Assembly (NCBI RefSeq): GCF_009914755.1
Contig: NC_060940.1
Direction: 5' to 3' (one strand)
Origin: the human T2T-CHM13v2.0 reference genome, Homo sapiens
Length of the DNA: 64,000 nucleotides
This document shows, in pieces, positions 58,765 through 64,000 of this stretch. Each line of letters starts with the position of its first letter. Within the stretch, counting starts at the first letter, position 1. The position numbers were made by a program, and so were the translations under genes. A model generated the notes under the pieces. It was not told the DNA's origin, did no database searches, and worked only from the letters and a program-made list of their open reading frames with translations.

Positions 58765-61700
58765 AATCCATTCGATGATTCCACTCGATTCCATTCGATG
58801 ACTCCAGTTGATCCCATTCGATGATTTCCTTTGATTCCCTTTGATGATCATTCCATTTGATTCAATTCGGTGATTTCATTTGATTCCATTCAGTGATGTT
58901 TCCATTCGACTCCATTCGATGATGATTCCATTCGACTCCATTCGATGATGATTCCATTCGACTCCATTCGATTATGATTTCATTCAATTCCATTCGATAA
59001 TGATTCCCTTCGAGTCCATTCGATGATTCCATTCGATTCCATTCAACGATGATTTGATTCGTGTCCATTCGATGATTCCATTTGATTCCACTTGATGATG
59101 ATTCCATTCGAGTCCATTTGATGATTCCATTCAATTCCATTCTCCGATGATTTCTTTTGAGCCCACTCAATGCTTCCACTCGATTCCATATGATGATGAC
59201 TCCATTCGATGAAATTCGATGATGATTCCATTCGCTTGCATTCGATGATGATTCCACTTGAGTCCATTAGAAGATTCTATTCAATTACATTCCATGACGA
59301 TTCCGTTCGAGTCCATTTGATGATTCCATTAGACTCCATTCGACGATGATTCCATTCGATGTTATTCGATGATTCCATTCGATCTCATTCGATGATGATT
59401 CCATTCAACTCCATTCGATGTTTCCATTCGAGTTCATTCTATTATTCCATTAGATTCCATTCGATGATGATTCCATTCGATTCCATTTGATGATTGCATT
59501 CTATTTCATTTGATGATGATTCCATTCGAGTCCACTCGATGATTCCATTCGAGTCCATTTAATGAATCCATTGGTTTCAATTCTATGATGATTATATTGG
59601 ATTCCATTCGTTGATGATTTCATTCGGTTCCATTCAATGATGATTCCATTCAATTCCTTTCAATGTTTCCATTCAATTCCATACGATGATGATTCCATTT
59701 GATTTGATTCGACAGTGAGCCATTCGATTCAATTCCATGATGATTCTATTTGATTCCATTGGTTGACATTTCCATTCGATTCCATTCGATGATGATTCCC
59801 TTTGATTCCATTCAAAGATGATTCCATTCTAGCCCATTCAATCATTCCATTCGATTCTATTCAATGATGATTCCATTCATGTCGATTTGGTGATTCCATT
59901 TGACTTCATTTGATGATGATTCCTTTCAAGTTCATTAGATGATTCCATTCGATTCCATTTGATGATGATCCCATTCGAGTCCATTCAGTGATTCCACTCG
60001 TTTCCATTCCATGATGATTCCATTCCATTCCATTCAATGATTCCATTCGATTCCGTTTGATGATGATTTCATTCGAGTCCATTTGATGATTCCATTTGAT
60101 TCCATTCGATGATGATTCCATTCGAGTCCATTCGATGATTCTATTCGAATCCATTTGATGATTTCTTTTGATTATATTTGGTGATGATTCCATTGGAGTC
60201 CATTCAATGATTCCATTCGATTCCAATCGATGGTGATTCCATTAGAGTCCATTTAATGATTCCATTTGATTCCAGTCTCTGATGATTACATTCGAGTCCA
60301 TACGATGATTCCACTCAATTCCATATCATGATGATTCCATTCGATTCCATTCGATGATTCCATTCTATTCTATTCAATGGTGATTCCATTCGAGTACATT
60401 AGATGATTCCATTCGATTCCATTCAATGATGATTCTATTTGTGTCCCTTAGATGATTCCACATGATTCCATTAGATGATGATACTATTTGAGCCCATCCA
60501 ATGATTCCCTTCGATTCCATTCGATGAGGATTCCATTCGATTCAATTCATTGGTGATTCTATTCAATTCAATTCTTTGATTCCATTCCATTCCATTCGAC
60601 AATGATTCCATTCGATTTCTTTCGATGATTCCACTCGATTCCACTTGACATTGATTCCCTTCGATTCCATTCAATGATTCCATTTGATTCCAGTGGATGA
60701 TGATTGCCATCGATTCCATTTGATCACTCCATTCTATTCCACTTGATGATGATTACATTCGATTCCATTTGACGATTCCATCTGATTCTATTCGAGGATT
60801 CCATTTGATTCCATTCGATGATGATTCCATTCGAGTCCATTCGATGATATCATTCGAGTACATCCAATGATTCCATTCGAGTCCATTTGATGATTCCATT
60901 TGATTCCATTTGATAATGATTCTACTAGAGTCCATTCAATGACTCCATTGGAGTCCATTCAACAATTCCATTCGACTCCATTTGATGATTCCATTGGATT
61001 CCATTTGATGATTCCATTCGAGTCCATTTAATCATTACAGTCGAGTCCATTTGGTGATTCCACCGGCTTTCTTTTGATAATGATACCATTCAATTACATT
61101 TGATGATGATCCCATTCAATTTCATTTGATGATGATTCCATTAGAGTCCATTCGATGATTTCATTCGAGTCCCTTCATTGATTCCATCCGATTTCATTGG
61201 ATGATGACTCCATTCGAGTCCATTCGATGATTCCACTCGATTCCATTAGATGATTCCATTGGAGTCCATTTGATTGTTCCATTCGATTCCATTCGATTCC
61301 TTTCGAAGATTATTCCATTTGAGTCCATTCGATGATGATTCCATTCCATTCCATTCGATGATTCCGTTTGATTCCATTCGATGATTCCCTTCCATTCCTT
61401 TCTTTGATGATTCCATTCCATTCCATTCAATGATTCCATTCGAATCTATTCCATGATGATTCCTTTCGATTCCATTCGCTGATGTTTCCGTTCAATTCCA
61501 TTCGATGATGATTCCATTCGATTCCATTCATTGAGGATTCCATTTGATTCCATTCAATGATGATTCCGTTCTATTCCATTCAATGATTGCATTCAATTCC
61601 ATTCAGTGATTATCCCCTTAGAGTAAACTCAACGATTCCATTCAATACCATTCGATGATGATTCCTTTTGAGTCCATTCAATGATTTCATTCAAGTCCAT

Positions 61701-64000
61701 TTGATGATTCCTTTCAATTCCATTCTATGATGATTCCATTCGAGTCCATTCGATGATTCCATTCGATTGCATTCGATTATTCCATTATATTCCAGTCAAC
61801 GATGATTCCATTCGAGTCCATTCGATGATTCCATTAGAGTACATTTAATGATTGCTTTGTTTTCAATTCGAAGATGATTACATTGGATTCCATTCTATGA
61901 TACCATTCGATTCCATTCAATGATGATTCCACTCAAATCCATTGGATGATTCCATTCGTGTCCATTCGGTGATTTCATTAGATTCCATTCGAGGATGATT
62001 CCATTCGATTCCATTCGATGATTCCATTCAATTCCATTCGAGGATGATTCCATTCCAGTCCATATGATCATTCCATTTGATTTCATTCGATGATGATTCC
62101 ATTCGATTCCATTCGATGATTCCATTCTATTCCATTCGATGATGATTCCATTCGAGTCCATTCGATGATTCCATTCGAGTCCATTTAATGATTCCATTGG
62201 GTTCAATTCAATGATGATTACATTGGATTCCGTTCTATGATTCCATTCAATTCCGTTCATTGACAATTTGATTCCATTCGATGATGATTCCATTTGAGTT
62301 CATTCGATGATTCTATTCGATTCTCTTCGATGGTGATTCAATTCTATTATATTGGATGATTCCATTCGATTCCATTTGATGTTGATTCAATTCGATTCTA
62401 TTCGATGATGATTCCATTGGATTTCACTTGATGATTCTATTCGATTCCATTCAATGATGATTCACTTCTCGTCCATTGGATGATTCCATTTCATTCCATT
62501 CGATGATGATTCCATTCGATTCCATTCGATGATTCCATTTGATTCCATGCGTCGGTGAGCAATTCGATTCAATTCCATGATGATTCTATTTGATTCAATT
62601 AGATGATGTTTCCATTCGAATCCATTCCATGATTATTCCATTGGAATCCATTCGGCGATGATTCCATATGAGTCAATTCAATGATGATTCCATATGGGTC
62701 CGTTCGATGATAATTCCATTTGATTTCATTCGGTGCTTCTATTCAATTCCAGTCGATGATGATTCCGTTGGAGTCCATACGATGATTCCATTTGATTTCA
62801 TTTGATGATGATTCCATTCGATGATGATTACATTGGATTCCATTCTATGATTCCATTCAATTCCATTCGTTGATGATTCGATTCCATTCAATGATGATTC
62901 CTTTTGAGTTCATTCGATGATTCTATTCGATTCCGTTCGATGGTGATTCAATTCTCTTATATTGGATGAATCCACTCGATTCCATTTGATGATTATTCCA
63001 TTGGAGTCCACTTAGTGAATCCTTCAGATTCTACTCGAAGATGATTCCATTCAAGTCCATTCGATGATACCATTCAATTCCATTCGTTGATGCTTCCATT
63101 CAAGTGCATTCGATGATATCATTCGATTCCATTTGATGATAATTCCATTTGATTCCATGCGATGATTCTATTCGATTCCATTCAATGATAATTCCATTCA
63201 GTTCAGTGATTCCTCTGGACTCCATTTGATGATGATTCCATTCAATGATTCCATTCGATTCTATTCGAAAATGATTCCATTTGAATCCATTTGATGATGA
63301 TTCCATTAGATTCCATTTGATGATTCCATTCGATTCCATGTGACGATGATTCCATTCGATTCCATGTGATGATTCCATTCTATTCTATTCGATGATGATT
63401 CCATTCGATTCCATTCGATGATGATTGGATTCGATTCCATTTGATGATTTCATTTGATTCCATTCGTTAATGATTTCGATCAATTCCATTCGATGATTCC
63501 ATTCGATTCCATTCGATAATGATTACATCCGTGTCCATTCAGTGATTCCATTTGAGCCTGTTCGATAATTCCATTTGAGTCCAACCAATGATTCCATTCA
63601 TTTCCCTTCCATGATTCCATTCGAGTCCATTTGATCATTCCGGTAGGGTCCATTCGATGTTGATTCCATTGGAGTGCATTCGATGATTCCATTCGAGTCC
63701 ATTTTATGATTTGATTCGAGTTCTTTCAATGATTCCATTCGATTCCACTCGATGATGATTTCATTCGAGTCCATTCGACACTTCCAATCGATTCCATTTG
63801 ATGTTTCCATTCGAGTCCAATTGATGATTCCATTCAATTCCATTCGATGATGATTCCGTACGATTCCATTCTGTGATGATTCCATGTGATTGCATTCAAT
63901 GATGATTCCTTTAGATTGCATTCGATTGTGATTCATTTCGTCTTCATTCTATGGTTCCACAGGTTTCCATTCGTGTCCATTCCATTATTCCATTCTATTC
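58765..64000 (+). repeat. Higher-order unit 11 (partial, runs off the window; 26-bp tandem duplication near 58900-58970)
   Basis: Offset to unit 10 is 6138 downstream of an extra TTCCATTCGACTCCATTCGATGATGA monomer (59906 vs 53768, 63100 vs 56962). Confidence 0.93.

Larger units (their letters stand above)
1..64000 (+). repeat. Human satellite II (HSat2/HSATII) tandem array, CATTC strand on +; probably the HSat2B subfamily with a ~6.1-kb unit (chr16q11.2-like)
   Basis: Continuous diverged ATTCCATTCGATTCCATTCGATGATG / ATTCCATTCGAGTCCATTCGATG monomers of 23 and 26 bp across the entire window, matching the known satellite II consensus. No non-satellite interruption seen. The subfamily and chromosome are inferred from the 6.1-kb period only. 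Confidence 0.97.

Noticed and set aside
126-63936. Many minus-strand ORFs of 60-132 aa (MESSSNGIEWNH-like)
   Set aside because: The minus-strand consensus GAATGGAATCATCATC supplies an ATG in every monomer and has few stops. The ORFs overlap in several frames, are low-complexity, and open or close with random substitutions and indels. There is no evidence of coding function.
1-64000. CRISPR-like repeat/spacer array or other prokaryotic system
   Set aside because: There are no unique spacers, no constant direct repeat, and no cas or other genes. Everything derives from the CATTC monomer.
1-64000. HSat3 (CATTC)n, alpha satellite or telomeric repeat
   Set aside because: Pure CATTC runs reach only about three copies, and the CATTCGATGATG pattern is diagnostic of HSat2. 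No 171-bp monomer or TTAGGG arrays are present.
1-64000. Inversion, strand switch or embedded Alu/L1 fragment
   Set aside because: I saw no GAATG-oriented block or non-satellite stretch on the + strand, and all length differences between units are accounted for by the listed indels.

Overview
The whole 64 kb window is one uninterrupted, single-orientation array of human/primate classical satellite II (HSat2/HSATII). The CATTC-rich strand is +, built from diverged 23-bp (ATTCCATTCG)2(ATG) and 26-bp (ATTCCATTCG)2(ATG)2 monomers. These are nested in a 6,112-bp higher-order unit present in 10 complete copies and one partial copy. Taking base 1 as phase, the units start at 1, 6113, 12235, 18347, 24888, 30028, 36140, 42252, 46645, 52653 and 58765. 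A ~6.1-kb period matches what I recall for the HSat2B array at human 16q11.2, but that placement needs an alignment. I see no genes, RNA genes, transposon insertions or inversions, and all listed ORFs are translation artefacts of the repeat. I do not see a new gene system. What is interesting is the array's rearrangement record: length-variant units (6122, 6541, 5140, 4393, 6008 bp), a non-tandem 429-bp templated insertion, microhomology-bounded deletions of 971 and 1627 bp, register-preserving small indels, mosaic haplotype patches, and a subfamily transition near 45-46 kb. All comparisons were made by eye using landmark motifs and ORF-coordinate offsets.
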